From: an uncultured Candidatus Binatia bacterium
GTDB taxonomy: Bacteria; Desulfobacterota; Binatia; UBA9968; CAXXLF01
Assembly (NCBI GenBank): GCA_965218425.1
Contig: OZ244621.1
Coordinates: forward strand, 480,001 to 544,000
DNA length: 64,000 bases
Reading direction: 5' to 3'
The notes under the pieces are model-generated. The model did not search any database. It was not told where the DNA came from and was given only the letters and a program-made list of their open reading frames with translations. Made by a program: the position numbers and the translations under genes. Shown here piece after piece: positions 40,346-51,224 of the stretch (position 1 is the stretch's first letter; the number at the start of each line of letters is the position of its first letter).

Positions 40346-40860
40346 ATGAAGAGAATTATCAATCCAAGCTCCTTGTTTTTTCTGCTTACCCTCTCCGGCA
40401 GTTGCGCCACGGTACAGGTATCGCGTGAGGCGCAAAGCGGCCGCTCCGCATTGAAGTCAGGGCAACCCAAAGAGGCCTTCCAACAATTTGAGGCCGCTGC
40501 GGCTCAGAATCCCAACTATACGACCCGTTTTACCCTTTAGAACACGGGGATATGGACCTACGTCGGCAGGGCCTATTACCAGATAGGTGAGAAAGACAAG
40601 ACGCCAGCGAGCCTGAAGCGGGCGCAGGACAACTCTAAAAACGACTATGCTGGTAGAACCTAATCTTGGGCTTGTGATGGCACAGACAGGGAACAGCGAG
40701 ACGGGAAAGCGGAACTTGCAGCCGGACTTGAGGAGCTAGCAAAATGGCTCGAGAGACTGCCCAATGAAGGAACTGACGGGCAGTATTAGGATCCGGATCA
40801 TCATCTTGCAGACGGCACCTCTGTTTGCCACCTAAGCAGCGGAGCAACTGTCCCTAAGCG
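40346..40860 (+). pseudogene. Degraded TPR-like lipoprotein
   Basis: Lipobox-like LSGSC, then GIWTYVGRAYY and LGLVMA segments separated by several stops and frameshifts. Confidence 0.6.
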
Positions 40861-40908
40861 CTCATTAACTCGTAGAAAAACGCAAATCTGCTAAAAACAC
40901 CTTCCCTG

Positions 40909-42255
40909 ATGGATGAGCAAATTCCCAATTTTGAAGCAGTTGCGGCGCAACCCAAAGACCCATCCCTCTTTCCGATCCTAGCCGTCAACTTTATCGGAAC
41001 CTTGGGATACAGCATCATCCTTCCGTTTCTAGTATTCCTAGTCACCCGGTTAGGAGGAAATGCACTCATATACGGGATCGTAGGTGCCACCTATCCCGCC
41101 TTTCAGCTGGTGGGAGCCCCCCTTTTGGGGAAATGGTCCGATCGGTATGGCAGAAGAAAGATCCTCCTGTTTAGCCAAATGGGAACCCTGGTATCCTGGT
41201 TTATCTTCTTACTAGCCCTGTTTCTCCCCATGAGCTCCGCATGGAAAATCAACTCCGCAGTTTTTGGAACGTTCTCAATAAGCCTCCCAATTATTGTTTT
41301 GTTCTTCGCCCGGGCCCTGGATGGGATCACCGGCGGAAATGTATCCGTCGCCAATGCCTACCTTGCCGATATCACCGATGAGGAGCATAGAAATGAAAAT
41401 TTCGGAAAGATGGCCATATCCGCCAATCTTGGTTTTGTTCTGGGCCCCGCCCTGGCCGGCCTTTTGGGAGCCACCGTCCCGGGTGAAACCTTGCCCGTCT
41501 TAGCGGCACTGACTATTTCTTTCATTGCAACGCTGATGATCGCATTCAATCTCCCGGAATCCCACCCGTGTTTTCTCAATAGAGACCCTGAAACGGTCAA
41601 TGTGAGAAAAGTTTTCGGCCAGGAGCACAAGGAATGCTTTGAATTAAAGGGCGGTGAGAAGATAACTCTGAGAGGGATATTCCAGTTAAACAACATTCCC
41701 TATCTCATGACCCTCTATTTCCTGATCTTCCTTGGTTTCAATCTCTTTTATACCGCATTTCCATTCCATGCGGTGAAGAGTCTCAAGTGGTCCATCATCG
41801 ATACCGGAACGTTCTTTTCAGTACTGAGCCTAATGATGGTCATTGTACAAGGATCCGTTTTGAGTCGAGTCGCCAAAAAATGCTCAGATGGATTCTTGAT
41901 CGTCGTTGGAAGCCTGATCTTGGGGACCAATTTCGTGCTGCTTACCTCGAGGGACAACCTTATTATCTACCTAGCTGCCGGGTTATTTGCACTGGGCAAT
42001 GGACTCATGTGGCCGTCCGTTTTGGCCACCCTATCCAAGACAGCAGGTGAAAGACTTCAGGGCTCCGTGCAGGGATTTGCCAGCAGCTTCGGAGGTGTCG
42101 CTAGTATTTTGGGACTCACCATGGGAGGGATTTTGTACGAATGGTTAGGGCCCGGGATATTCATCGTATCGGCAGGCATTATTTACATGGTCTTCCTCAT
42201 GGCCCTTAGCCTTTTCTATATCAGGAAAGAGGTTCCAGCGGTTGAAGGACCATAA
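40909..42255 (+). CDS. MFS transporter (TetA/DHA1-like)
   Basis: GKWSDRYGRR motif A, ARALDGITGGN, about 12 TM helices. Confidence 0.9.
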   Translation: MDEQIPNFEAVAAQPKDPSLFPILAVNFIGTLGYSIILPFLVFLVTRLGGNALIYGIVGATYPAFQLVGAPLLGKWSDRYGRRKILLFSQMGTLVSWFIFLLALFLPMSSAWKINSAVFGTFSISLPIIVLFFARALDGITGGNVSVANAYLADITDEEHRNENFGKMAISANLGFVLGPALAGLLGATVPGETLPVLAALTISFIATLMIAFNLPESHPCFLNRDPETVNVRKVFGQEHKECFELKGGEKITLRGIFQLNNIPYLMTLYFLIFLGFNLFYTAFPFHAVKSLKWSIIDTGTFFSVLSLMMVIVQGSVLSRVAKKCSDGFLIVVGSLILGTNFVLLTSRDNLIIYLAAGLFALGNGLMWPSVLATLSKTAGERLQGSVQGFASSFGGVASILGLTMGGILYEWLGPGIFIVSAGIIYMVFLMALSLFYIRKEVPAVEGP

Positions 42256-42526
42256 ATTGTGGCTCAACATGGATATGTACAATTCATCCCCCAGAGGACC
42301 TTTATCACTGATGATTACTCTAAGGTTTCCCCATGACCCAGAGAGGGAATTCTCGGCTCCTAAGATAAATCTATGGATCGATCCGGAGCACCGACTTCCC
42401 ATCAAAGCTGAGTTCTTCGACTGGGATCTGAGAAAGGTGAAGTCCCACGGTTACAAAGGCTTGATGTTGAACCTCGGTTTGACCGAATACGACTTTGACC
42501 GTGATAGCAAATCCTACGGTTTCTGA
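42242..42526 (+). pseudogene. C-terminal remnant of a DUF1571/LolA-like protein
   Basis: KINLWIDPEHRLPIKAEFFDW...LNLGLTEYDFD...YGF without an N-terminus. Confidence 0.4.
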
Positions 42527-42713
42527 AGGAAGCGTCAAGAACTAATCAGAACCAAAAACGAACCGTAACATTTCTTGTAGGTCGCACTTGAAAACAATTG
42601 AATCTCCAGTATGAATACCTAAAATCAAACCGCTCGCTACGCAGGATGCCAATGACCACGTGTTGGGCCACGAAGAGATACAGAGTCCGGGAAGTTAGCT
42701 AACTCCACCCATC

Positions 42714-43691
42714 ATGCAAAAAACTAAGGAGGAATCCCGGGTGGAGACTCTTGAATACGCCAATCTTATTCTTGCGGTCATTCTAGCGGCCTTGGCCACA
42801 CCCGTGGTTAAGTGGTTGGTGGTGCACGGTGGTAAGCTGGGGATTGCAAACCCCAATGCGATCTCATTCTGCAACATACTTTTTGTTGGCAACATCTGTT
42901 CAGGCGCCGTCGTATTAGCCACATTCGGTTGGAGAAGAATTTGGCATGAGCTAAGGGAACTGGATTCGAGAACCAACTTGCTGCTGGCCGGCAATTTACT
43001 CATTGGAACCGTTGTTGCTCCAATTTTGCTATACACGGCATTGGAAACCACTACTGTCACTAATCTCGTCCTTTTGACGAGAATTGAAGCGGTGGTTTAC
43101 TCCGTCCTCGGGGTTTTCATTTTCAAGGACCCCATTTCAAAGTCCAACTGGGTAGGATTAACCTTTATTACGGTGGGGACCTTGGCGCTGGCCTTTTCCC
43201 AGAGTCAACTTATGAAGGGGGACGGGCTGGGCTTGCTTGCTGGGATCCTTTTCGCTGTGGGATCCGCCTTGGGAAGGAGCGTATTGAAACAGATCAGCAC
43301 CTCTTCATTTGTTTTTATTCGTAATCTCGTAGGGGGCATCATATTTTTTTGGTTCGCCGTCATTCTCTACGGAGCACGCCATTTTGCCGATGCTTTTTCC
43401 GCGGATCTCTGGTTGGTCATGACTGTTTATGGCGCAGGGGTCGTGGTCCTGGGTCAGATGACGTGGTTTCGAGCAGTAAGCGCACTCTCCTCAGGGGTGG
43501 TTTCCGCCTGGTCAACCCTGACTCCACTACTAGGCGTCTTGTTCGCTTATCTCCTGGTTCATGAAATTCCAGATATGTCCCAATGGATCGCCGCGTTTAT
43601 CATTATTGGAGGATTGACCATCACACAGATTCCCCCGGCACGGATTGCCGCATCTCCCAGAATAGTGGAAAGGGGATTGGCGGGCGCGTGA
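42714..43691 (+). CDS. DMT/EamA family transporter
   Basis: About ten TM helices in two EamA-like repeats. Confidence 0.82.
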   Translation: MQKTKEESRVETLEYANLILAVILAALATPVVKWLVVHGGKLGIANPNAISFCNILFVGNICSGAVVLATFGWRRIWHELRELDSRTNLLLAGNLLIGTVVAPILLYTALETTTVTNLVLLTRIEAVVYSVLGVFIFKDPISKSNWVGLTFITVGTLALAFSQSQLMKGDGLGLLAGILFAVGSALGRSVLKQISTSSFVFIRNLVGGIIFFWFAVILYGARHFADAFSADLWLVMTVYGAGVVVLGQMTWFRAVSALSSGVVSAWSTLTPLLGVLFAYLLVHEIPDMSQWIAAFIIIGGLTITQIPPARIAASPRIVERGLAGA

Positions 43692-43734
43692 TACATGTTT
43701 TCTGAATTCATCAAGTTGAAGGAGGGCGAACATC

Positions 43735-44205
43735 ATGGAGGTTAGAAATTCAACCCTCGGTGAGTTGACTGCAGGGATCTTGAAATGCCTCAAGCAATCG
43801 GAATGGATCCCCATCCTGCTGGTCCGGCTGTCCGTGGGATTGCTTTTCTTCGAATCCGGGCGGGGTAAGCTTTTTGTTAAGTTAGAGGAACTGACGGAGT
43901 TCTTCGTCACACTGGGAATTCCCTTTCCTCACTTTAACGCGGTCTTTGTTTCTACCGTGGAGTTTGTGGGGGGAATTTGCCTCATTCTTGGCCTGGCAAC
44001 CCGCCTATTTTCGGCCCAGTTAACCGTCATCATGCTCGTTGCCATTTTCGCTTCTGAGGTCAAAAAAGTAAGCAACTTGGGAGACTTCTTGTACCTGCCG
44101 GAAGTATCGTTGCTAATAATCTTCCTATGGCTGATGTTTTCAGGACCCGGTAAAGTCAGCATCGATCACCTTCTATCACGCAAGCTAGGGTTCGAGGTGC
44201 AATAA
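43735..44205 (+). CDS. DoxX family membrane protein
   Basis: RLSVG..F..SG.GK, GIPFP, EFVGG...LGLATR, GPGKVSID. Confidence 0.9.
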   Translation: MEVRNSTLGELTAGILKCLKQSEWIPILLVRLSVGLLFFESGRGKLFVKLEELTEFFVTLGIPFPHFNAVFVSTVEFVGGICLILGLATRLFSAQLTVIMLVAIFASEVKKVSNLGDFLYLPEVSLLIIFLWLMFSGPGKVSIDHLLSRKLGFEVQ

Positions 44206-44237
44206 AATTAAGTCTGCACCGAGCAATTGTCTTTCAC

Positions 44238-45092
44238 GTGTTCCGTAAACTCTCACACCACTGGCCCGAGTATCTGATGGAGGCTGCCGGACTCGGGATC
44301 TTCATGCTTTCAGCCTGCATCTTTGCCACGGCCCTTGAGTACCCGGGCTCTCCATTGCAACAATCCATTGCCAACCCAATCATCCGTCGAGCCCTGATGG
44401 GCTTAGCCATGGGGCTGACGGCAGTCGGCATCATTTACTCGCCCTGGGGCAAGCAATCGGGTGCCCATATTAACCCATCTATTACCATTGCCTTTCTACG
44501 TCTCGGAAAAATTGAGCCCTGGGACGCGGTATTTTATATGACCGCTCAATTCATCGGGGGATTGTCGGCAGTCTTGATAATTGCCTTCCTCCTTGGAGGT
44601 GCACTGTCCCACCCCTCCGTTAATTACGTGGTCACCATTCCGGGCACAGACGGGACGGGCATTGCATTTCTCGCTGAATTCGTTATTTCCTTCATACTCA
44701 TGTCGGTTGTGTTGGTTGCCACCAACACCCAAAAGCTGGCCCGGTGGACCGGCCTCTTGGCCGGGGTCCTTGTAGCCACTTACATTACCGTGGAAACCCC
44801 ATTCTCTGGAATGAGCATGAACCCTGCTCGCACCCTCGCATCCGCTCTTCCGGCTCATCTGTGGACGGCACTCTGGGTATATTTTACCGCCCCCCTTGCG
44901 GGCATGCTTTCGGCAGCAGAGCTGTATTTAAGAATAGGCGGGGCACATGAGGTATTTTGTGCAAAGCTCCATCATCAGAATAACAAACGCTGCATATTCA
45001 GATGCGGTTACCGCACCCATGGGGAGCCGGTGAGGGGGAGTAAGGTTTCCACAGGAAGCGGAAACAATACGAAGGCGGACTCTGGATATTGA
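44238..45092 (+). CDS. Aquaporin/MIP family channel with Cys/His C-terminal tail
   Basis: SGAHINPS and SMNPART boxes; tail CAKLHH...CIFRCG. Confidence 0.9.
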   Translation: MFRKLSHHWPEYLMEAAGLGIFMLSACIFATALEYPGSPLQQSIANPIIRRALMGLAMGLTAVGIIYSPWGKQSGAHINPSITIAFLRLGKIEPWDAVFYMTAQFIGGLSAVLIIAFLLGGALSHPSVNYVVTIPGTDGTGIAFLAEFVISFILMSVVLVATNTQKLARWTGLLAGVLVATYITVETPFSGMSMNPARTLASALPAHLWTALWVYFTAPLAGMLSAAELYLRIGGAHEVFCAKLHHQNNKRCIFRCGYRTHGEPVRGSKVSTGSGNNTKADSGY

Positions 45093-45115
45093 AGGCCTAA
45101 AGGGGAGGATGCACC

Positions 45116-46687
45116 ATGTCTCAGGATGAACATTATGATGTGATCATTATCGGAACGGGAGCGGGGGGAGGAACCCTCGCTCACAGGTTGGCACCCTCGG
45201 GAAGAAAGATCCTTCTGCTGGAGCGCGGAGGCTATGTGCCAAGGGAGAAGGACAACTGGAGCACCAAGGCGGTCAATCTCGACGGAAAGTATCAGACCAA
45301 AGAGCTATGGCACAACAAGGACGGCAAACCCTTGCACCCGCACACCAACTACTATGTAGGCGGTAACACGAAATTCTACGGAGCCGCATTGTTTCGACTA
45401 CGTAGAGAGGATTTTGGCGAGATCAAGCACCATGGCGGGGTCTCACCATCCTGGCCCATATCCTACGAAGACCTGCAATCCTACTACGCTCAGGCCGAGC
45501 AGCTCTACCACGTCCATGGAAAGCGTGGAGAGGATCCCACGGAACCGCAGGCCACCGATCCCTATCCGCATCCACCCGTAAGCCATGAACCGCGCATGCA
45601 GCACCTGAGTGATGACTTTGAGAGATCAGGCCTCCACCCATTTCATACCCCCCTTGGGGTGATGCTGAACGAGGGGAATCCAGAAAAGAGTCCGTGCATC
45701 CGTTGCGAAACATGCGACGGACACCCCTGCCTGGTAAATGCCAAGGCAGACGCACAGACGGTTTGTGTGGACCCAGCCCTCCTATACCCCAATGTCACGC
45801 TTCTAACCAACGCATACGTGAGCCGCCTGGAGACCAGCCCTTCAGGCCGCGAGGTTAGCAAAGTCGTGGTCCAACATGCGAATGACCTGCATGAGTTTTC
45901 CGCCAACATTGTGGTGATCTCCTGCGGGGCCATCAACTCGGCTGCACTCCTGTTACGCTCTTCCAACCAGAAGCATCCGCGCGGCCTGGCCAATGGCTCT
46001 GATGTGGTGGGCCGTCATTATATGGGACATGTCAATTCCGTGCTTATGGGGGTCTCCAAGTGTCCCAATCCAACCATTTTTCAAAAGACGCTTTCGCTAA
46101 ATGATTTCTACCTCCTCTCAAAGGAATGGAACTACCCCATGGGCCACATCTCCTTCGTGGGCAAGCTGGACCGGGACACTTTGCGGGCCGGCGCCCCCGC
46201 CATCGTACCGGGTTTTACCCTCGAGTTGATGGCCCAGCACTCCTTGGATTTCTGGCTCACCTCAGAAGATCTGCCGAACCCTAATAACCGGATTACTTTG
46301 GATGCCGGAAGTAACATCGTGCTTTCCTATCGCCCCAATAACGAAGAGGCTCATAAAAGGCTGGTGGCAAAGCTCAAGGACCTCATGAATCATCAATCCC
46401 AGTGTCCAGCCCACGGTCACCAATGCCACGTGGGTCTGTTTTCCAGGAACCTGTTTCTCGGTCAGCAAATTCCGCTGGCCGGTGTGGCACATCAAAACGG
46501 AACCATTCGCTTCGGACAGGACCCAAAGACTTCCGCCCTCGACAGCCACTGCAAAGCCCACGAGCTGGATAACCTGTACGTGGTAGACGCCAGCTTCTTC
46601 CCTTCCTCCGCCGCGGTGAATCCCGCACTGACGGTCATGGCCAACGCACTGCGCGTGGGGGATCATCTAATTGAGCGTATGAAATAA
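45116..46687 (+). CDS. GMC family oxidoreductase
   Basis: GTGAGG, VGGNT, CIRCETCDGHPC, AHQNGT, NPALT..ANALR. Confidence 0.92.
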   Translation: MSQDEHYDVIIIGTGAGGGTLAHRLAPSGRKILLLERGGYVPREKDNWSTKAVNLDGKYQTKELWHNKDGKPLHPHTNYYVGGNTKFYGAALFRLRREDFGEIKHHGGVSPSWPISYEDLQSYYAQAEQLYHVHGKRGEDPTEPQATDPYPHPPVSHEPRMQHLSDDFERSGLHPFHTPLGVMLNEGNPEKSPCIRCETCDGHPCLVNAKADAQTVCVDPALLYPNVTLLTNAYVSRLETSPSGREVSKVVVQHANDLHEFSANIVVISCGAINSAALLLRSSNQKHPRGLANGSDVVGRHYMGHVNSVLMGVSKCPNPTIFQKTLSLNDFYLLSKEWNYPMGHISFVGKLDRDTLRAGAPAIVPGFTLELMAQHSLDFWLTSEDLPNPNNRITLDAGSNIVLSYRPNNEEAHKRLVAKLKDLMNHQSQCPAHGHQCHVGLFSRNLFLGQQIPLAGVAHQNGTIRFGQDPKTSALDSHCKAHELDNLYVVDASFFPSSAAVNPALTVMANALRVGDHLIERMK

Positions 46688-46761
46688 GAACCCTCGAGAA
46701 CGGATGATTCAAATAGATAACATTATTCCGCCACCAACGGTTTTATTAAGGAGGTTTTCTT

Positions 46762-47622
46762 ATGGCAGAGTCTAAGAAGGATGAGCATCTACCCGATGTG
46801 GTCATGCCCGTGTGTGGAATCGAGAAAATATTGACTGGACAAAAAGCACTGGTTACGGGAGCCAATTCTGGCATCGGCAGAGGAATCGCTGAGGCGTTGG
46901 GGGAGGCAGGGGCAAACGTCGTGGTCAATTACTATTCCGGCGATCAAGCTGCCGAAGAAGTGGTGAAAGAGATAAAAGATCACGGTGGCAAAGCATTTGC
47001 TCACAAGGCCGATGTCTCCAAAGAAGATCAGGTTCAGGCCATGTTTCAACGCATGTTCAAGGATTTTGGCACCATTGATATTCTTATTAACAATGCTGGT
47101 CTCCAGATTGATGCACCCTTCGACGAGTTGACTCTGGAACAATGGAACGGCGTCATCAGTGTAAACCTGACGGGGCAATTCCTTTGTGCCCGGGAGGCCA
47201 TTCGTGAGTTCAAACGCCGAGGTGTGGTGGAATCGGTGTCTTGTTCTGCCGGTAAGATCATCTGTATCAGTTCCGTTCATGAGGTGATCCCTTGGGCGGG
47301 ACATGTGAACTACGCGGCTTCCAAGGGAGGCGTCATGCTCATGATGAAAAGCATCGCCCAAGAAGTTGCCCCCCATCGCATCCGAGTGAACAGTATCGCG
47401 CCGGGAGCCATCCGTACGCCAATCAATACTGCCGCCTGGAGTACCCCCGAAGCCTTCAACAAGCTGATGGGACTGGTTCCCTATAAGAGAATCGGCGAGG
47501 CAGTGGACATCGGTCGTGCGGCCGTATGGCTCGCATCGGACCACGCGGACTATATAACCGGCACCAGTTTATTCGTGGACGGAGGAATGACACTTTACCC
47601 CGGATTTGAAGAAGGTGGATGA
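46762..47622 (+). CDS. Glucose 1-dehydrogenase-like SDR
   Basis: TGANSGIG, NNAG, SSVHEVIPW..VNYAASKGG, DGGMTLYP. Confidence 0.9.
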   Translation: MAESKKDEHLPDVVMPVCGIEKILTGQKALVTGANSGIGRGIAEALGEAGANVVVNYYSGDQAAEEVVKEIKDHGGKAFAHKADVSKEDQVQAMFQRMFKDFGTIDILINNAGLQIDAPFDELTLEQWNGVISVNLTGQFLCAREAIREFKRRGVVESVSCSAGKIICISSVHEVIPWAGHVNYAASKGGVMLMMKSIAQEVAPHRIRVNSIAPGAIRTPINTAAWSTPEAFNKLMGLVPYKRIGEAVDIGRAAVWLASDHADYITGTSLFVDGGMTLYPGFEEGG

Positions 47623-48773
47623 TTGAAGAGAAGGCAGCTCAGCGCCTCGAAAGGCATGGACCAGAAGGCGCGCCAGCAGTGAAAATTCGCGCAATGTCTT
47701 ACAAAGTAACCACCTACGTCCGAATCCTCATAGTCCTAGTGCTGTGGACGGGGAGCACACCCGTTCAGCCATGGGCCGAAGACTGGCGAGTCCAGGCCGT
47801 AGATTCCGTGGAAATGACGGTTTCGGACATGGAGCGTTCAGTGGGCTTCTTTACAAAAGTTCTCTCCTTTAGGAAGGTGTCCAACGTTGAGCTAACCGGA
47901 CGCCCATACGAAAGGCTTCTGGGCCTGGTGGGTGTGCGAGTTCGCATGGTACGTTTGAAACTGGGCAATGAGTTTATCGTGCTCTCTCAATACATTGCGC
48001 CTCCCGGGGGCAGAACGATTCCCGAGGATTCCCGTAGTCATGACCTGTGGTTTCAACACATTGCCATTGTTGTCAGTGACATGGACAAGGCGTATCAGAA
48101 ACTACGCCGGCATGGAGTCAAACAGGTCTCCACTAAACCTCAAACCATACCAGAAACAAATCTTGCCGCCTCGGGCATCAGGGCGTTTAAGTTCCGGGAT
48201 CCGGACCACCACAATTTGGAGTTGCTCTATTTCCCTCCGGGGAAAGGCGATTCGCGGTGGCAAACCTCGAACCAACAACTATTCTTAGGAATCGACCACA
48301 CTGCCATCTCCATTAGTAATACAGAATCCAGTCTGAAATTTTACCGCGATTTCCTAGGACTGACCGTCGCAGGAGAAAGCTTCAATACCGGAATTGAACA
48401 GGAGCATCCGGACAACCTATTCGGGGCAACAGTCCAAATCACGGGACTCCACCCAGGTTCTCACCCTCCCGGAATCGAATTCCTTGAGTATGTAACTCCG
48501 CCGGGGAAACGACCCATACCGCCAGGCACAGAGGCCCATGACCTGTGGAGTTGGCAGATCCGGTTGGTGGGGAAAGATGTGAACTTAGCCGAACGACGAA
48601 TGAGCAGAGCGGGTTACCGCAAAGTATCATCGGCGGGTTCCAAATTCAGCGATCACAGGTCAGGATTCTTCAAGGGTCTCGTGATCCTTGATCCTGACAG
48701 CCACAGGGTTCTTTTAATCGAGAACCCTAGTTTACACGTGATAAAGTCCTCACGAACGGATTCCAGTGCTTAA
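47619..48773 (+). CDS. VOC/glyoxalase family protein (two domains, probably exported)
   Basis: FQHIAIVVSDM, FRDPDHHNLEL, IDHTAI; an alternative start at 47694 gives a signal peptide. Confidence 0.85.
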   Translation: MIEEKAAQRLERHGPEGAPAVKIRAMSYKVTTYVRILIVLVLWTGSTPVQPWAEDWRVQAVDSVEMTVSDMERSVGFFTKVLSFRKVSNVELTGRPYERLLGLVGVRVRMVRLKLGNEFIVLSQYIAPPGGRTIPEDSRSHDLWFQHIAIVVSDMDKAYQKLRRHGVKQVSTKPQTIPETNLAASGIRAFKFRDPDHHNLELLYFPPGKGDSRWQTSNQQLFLGIDHTAISISNTESSLKFYRDFLGLTVAGESFNTGIEQEHPDNLFGATVQITGLHPGSHPPGIEFLEYVTPPGKRPIPPGTEAHDLWSWQIRLVGKDVNLAERRMSRAGYRKVSSAGSKFSDHRSGFFKGLVILDPDSHRVLLIENPSLHVIKSSRTDSSA

Positions 48774-48891
48774 GGAAGACTTGGTCCGGGCTCCAGTTCC
48801 CTCTATACTATACCAGGCAATGGGAGTTGGCTCCCACCCAGGACTTTGATGCAAAAAAATTACATTATTTATGAATTAGAAAGGTAACACC

Positions 48892-50712
48892 ATGGCATAT
48901 CAACCAATTGAAGACTACGGAATCATAGGCGACATGCATACGGCCGCCCTGGTGGGGATGGACGGCTCCATCGATTGGTTTTGCTTTCCGAATTTTGACT
49001 CCCCCAGCGTCTTTGCAGCTATACTCGACGACAAAAAGGGCGGGCGATTTAAGATTACCGGAGTGGACAAAGGGATTATGCACAAGCAGTTCTACTGGCC
49101 TGAGACCAACATCCTGGTGACCCGGTTCCTTTCCACCGATGGGGTAGGAGAGATCATAGACTTTATGCCGGTGGGAGAACTGGTGGACGGTCACGGACAC
49201 CACCAGGTGGTCCGTAGAGTCACCGTGGTCCGTGGCAGCATGCTGTTTAAGATGGATTGCACCCCCGCTTTTAACTACGCCCGAGACAAGCATGAGGTAT
49301 CCTTGACCCCAGCGGGCGCCTGCTTTCATTCCCCGGCGCTCAGCCTGGGGCTGGTCACCACAGTGCCCCTGAAAAAGAACGGTTCAGGGGTCACCGCGGA
49401 GTTCTCGCTCCACGAGGGAGAGTCGGCAACTTTTATTCTTCAAGACGTAGATTCCAACACCGGTTGCGGGTTGGGACTTTCCGAGCCGGAGGCATTCGAG
49501 CTCTTCAAAAAGACGGTAAATTACTGGCGCCGCTGGATTTCCACGTGCACCTACCGGGGACGGTGGCGGGAGATCGTGCACCGCTCTGCGCTGGCACTGA
49601 AGCTGATGACCTTTGCACCCACAGGAGCCATCGTCGCGTCGCCCACCTGCAGCCTTCCGGAAGGAGTGGGAGGAGAGCGCAACTGGGACTACCGGTTCAC
49701 GTGGGTCCGGGATGCGGCTTTCACGATTTATGGCTTGATGCGTATTGGCTTTACCGACGCGGCTGCCGAGTTCATGCACTGGATAGAAGCTCGCTGCCAT
49801 GAGTTGAATCCCGACGGCTCTCTTAACATTATGTATCGCATTGACGGGAGCCATATTGAGTCCGAAGAGATTTTAAACCACCTGGAAGGCTACAAGAAAT
49901 CCCGTCCGGTTCGAATCGGAAACGGCGCAGCCAACCAGCTCCAGCTGGACATCTACGGGGAGCTCATGGATTCGGTCTACCTCTATAACAAATACGGAAG
50001 CCCAATCTCTTACGATCTCTGGACCCACCTGAGACAACTGGTTAACTGGGTTTGCGGAAACTGGCGACGCAAGGACGAAGGGATTTGGGAGGTGCGGGGC
50101 GGACAGCAAGACTTTCTGTACTCCAAGCTCATGTGCTGGGTTGCAGTGGACCGCGGCCTACGCCTGGCAGACAAGCGATCCTTCCCCGCCGACCGTGAGC
50201 GCTGGTTGAAAGTTCGTGATGAAATCTACGAGGAAATCATGAATCAGGGGTGGAATCCCAAACGTGAGGCCTTCGTGCAACATTACGGAAGCAGTCATCT
50301 CGACGCGGCCAACCTGATGATGCCATTAGTTTTTTTCGTCTCTCCCACCGATCCCCGTATGCTCAAGACTCTGGATGCCACAATGCAGCCGCCGGAAAAG
50401 GGCGGGCTACTTTCCAACAGTCTGGTTTATCGGTACGACGTGGAGGAAACAGCGGACGGGCTAAAGGGAGAAGAAGGGACATTCAATATCTGTACCTTCT
50501 GGCTGGTTGAGGCGCTGACCCGGGCAGGCCGCTTGGATGAGGCAAGGCTCATGTTCGAGCAGATGCTGGGTTATGCCAACCATGTAGGTCTATATGCCGA
50601 AGAAACCGGCCACAGGGGCGAGGGGCTGGGTAATTTTCCGCAGGCCTTTACGCATCTGGCGTTGATCAGTGCCGGATTCAATCTTGACCGAGCCCTTGGG
50701 ACTCGAGGTTAG
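48892..50712 (+). CDS. Glycoside hydrolase family 15 (trehalase/glucoamylase-like)
   Basis: [41 protein letters not shown]. Confidence 0.95.
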   Translation: MAYQPIEDYGIIGDMHTAALVGMDGSIDWFCFPNFDSPSVFAAILDDKKGGRFKITGVDKGIMHKQFYWPETNILVTRFLSTDGVGEIIDFMPVGELVDGHGHHQVVRRVTVVRGSMLFKMDCTPAFNYARDKHEVSLTPAGACFHSPALSLGLVTTVPLKKNGSGVTAEFSLHEGESATFILQDVDSNTGCGLGLSEPEAFELFKKTVNYWRRWISTCTYRGRWREIVHRSALALKLMTFAPTGAIVASPTCSLPEGVGGERNWDYRFTWVRDAAFTIYGLMRIGFTDAAAEFMHWIEARCHELNPDGSLNIMYRIDGSHIESEEILNHLEGYKKSRPVRIGNGAANQLQLDIYGELMDSVYLYNKYGSPISYDLWTHLRQLVNWVCGNWRRKDEGIWEVRGGQQDFLYSKLMCWVAVDRGLRLADKRSFPADRERWLKVRDEIYEEIMNQGWNPKREAFVQHYGSSHLDAANLMMPLVFFVSPTDPRMLKTLDATMQPPEKGGLLSNSLVYRYDVEETADGLKGEEGTFNICTFWLVEALTRAGRLDEARLMFEQMLGYANHVGLYAEETGHRGEGLGNFPQAFTHLALISAGFNLDRALGTRG

Positions 50713-50796
50713 TCCCGAACCGTCAGAAACACTTGGATTTGCGCGACCGTGGAGTTCATGTTGCAAGAACTTTAGCCGTATGGGCAAAGGAGTTCA

Positions 50797-51204
50797 GTGA
50801 AAAAGAGATCTCCGGCTACTTCAAGCCCAATGGCCCCCCCTCTCTTGGATCAAAAATATGTTCAAGACGGTCTTAGGGGGTGGGCAAGTTGGAGACTGGA
50901 GGTTACGGGACAGGTCAAGAAACCCAGGAAATTTTCTCTGACCCATCTGAAGAGAATTGCCTCAAGAACCCAGATCACCCGTGACGATTGTGTGCAGGGG
51001 TGGAGCGCCATCGCGAAGTGGAAAGGCGTACCATTTTCTGAGGTCATGAAAGTGGTTCAGCCAAATCCAGTGGAAACGCAGCTGGGTTATAAGATGGCAA
51101 AGTATATCACCAAAATCGAATTTGTTGCTAGCATCGAAGAGATCCGCGGGGGAAAGGGAGGATAGTTGGAGGACTTGGGGTACGCATGGTACGCCGGGAT
51201 TTAA
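50797..51204 (+). pseudogene. Sulfite oxidase/MsrP-like molybdoenzyme remnant
   Basis: QITRDDCVQGWSAIAKWKG joined directly to VETQLGYKMAKY (internal deletion); TAG before LEDLGYAWYAGI. Confidence 0.75.
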
Positions 51205-51224
51205 TGGATGGGGTTTTTGAATAG

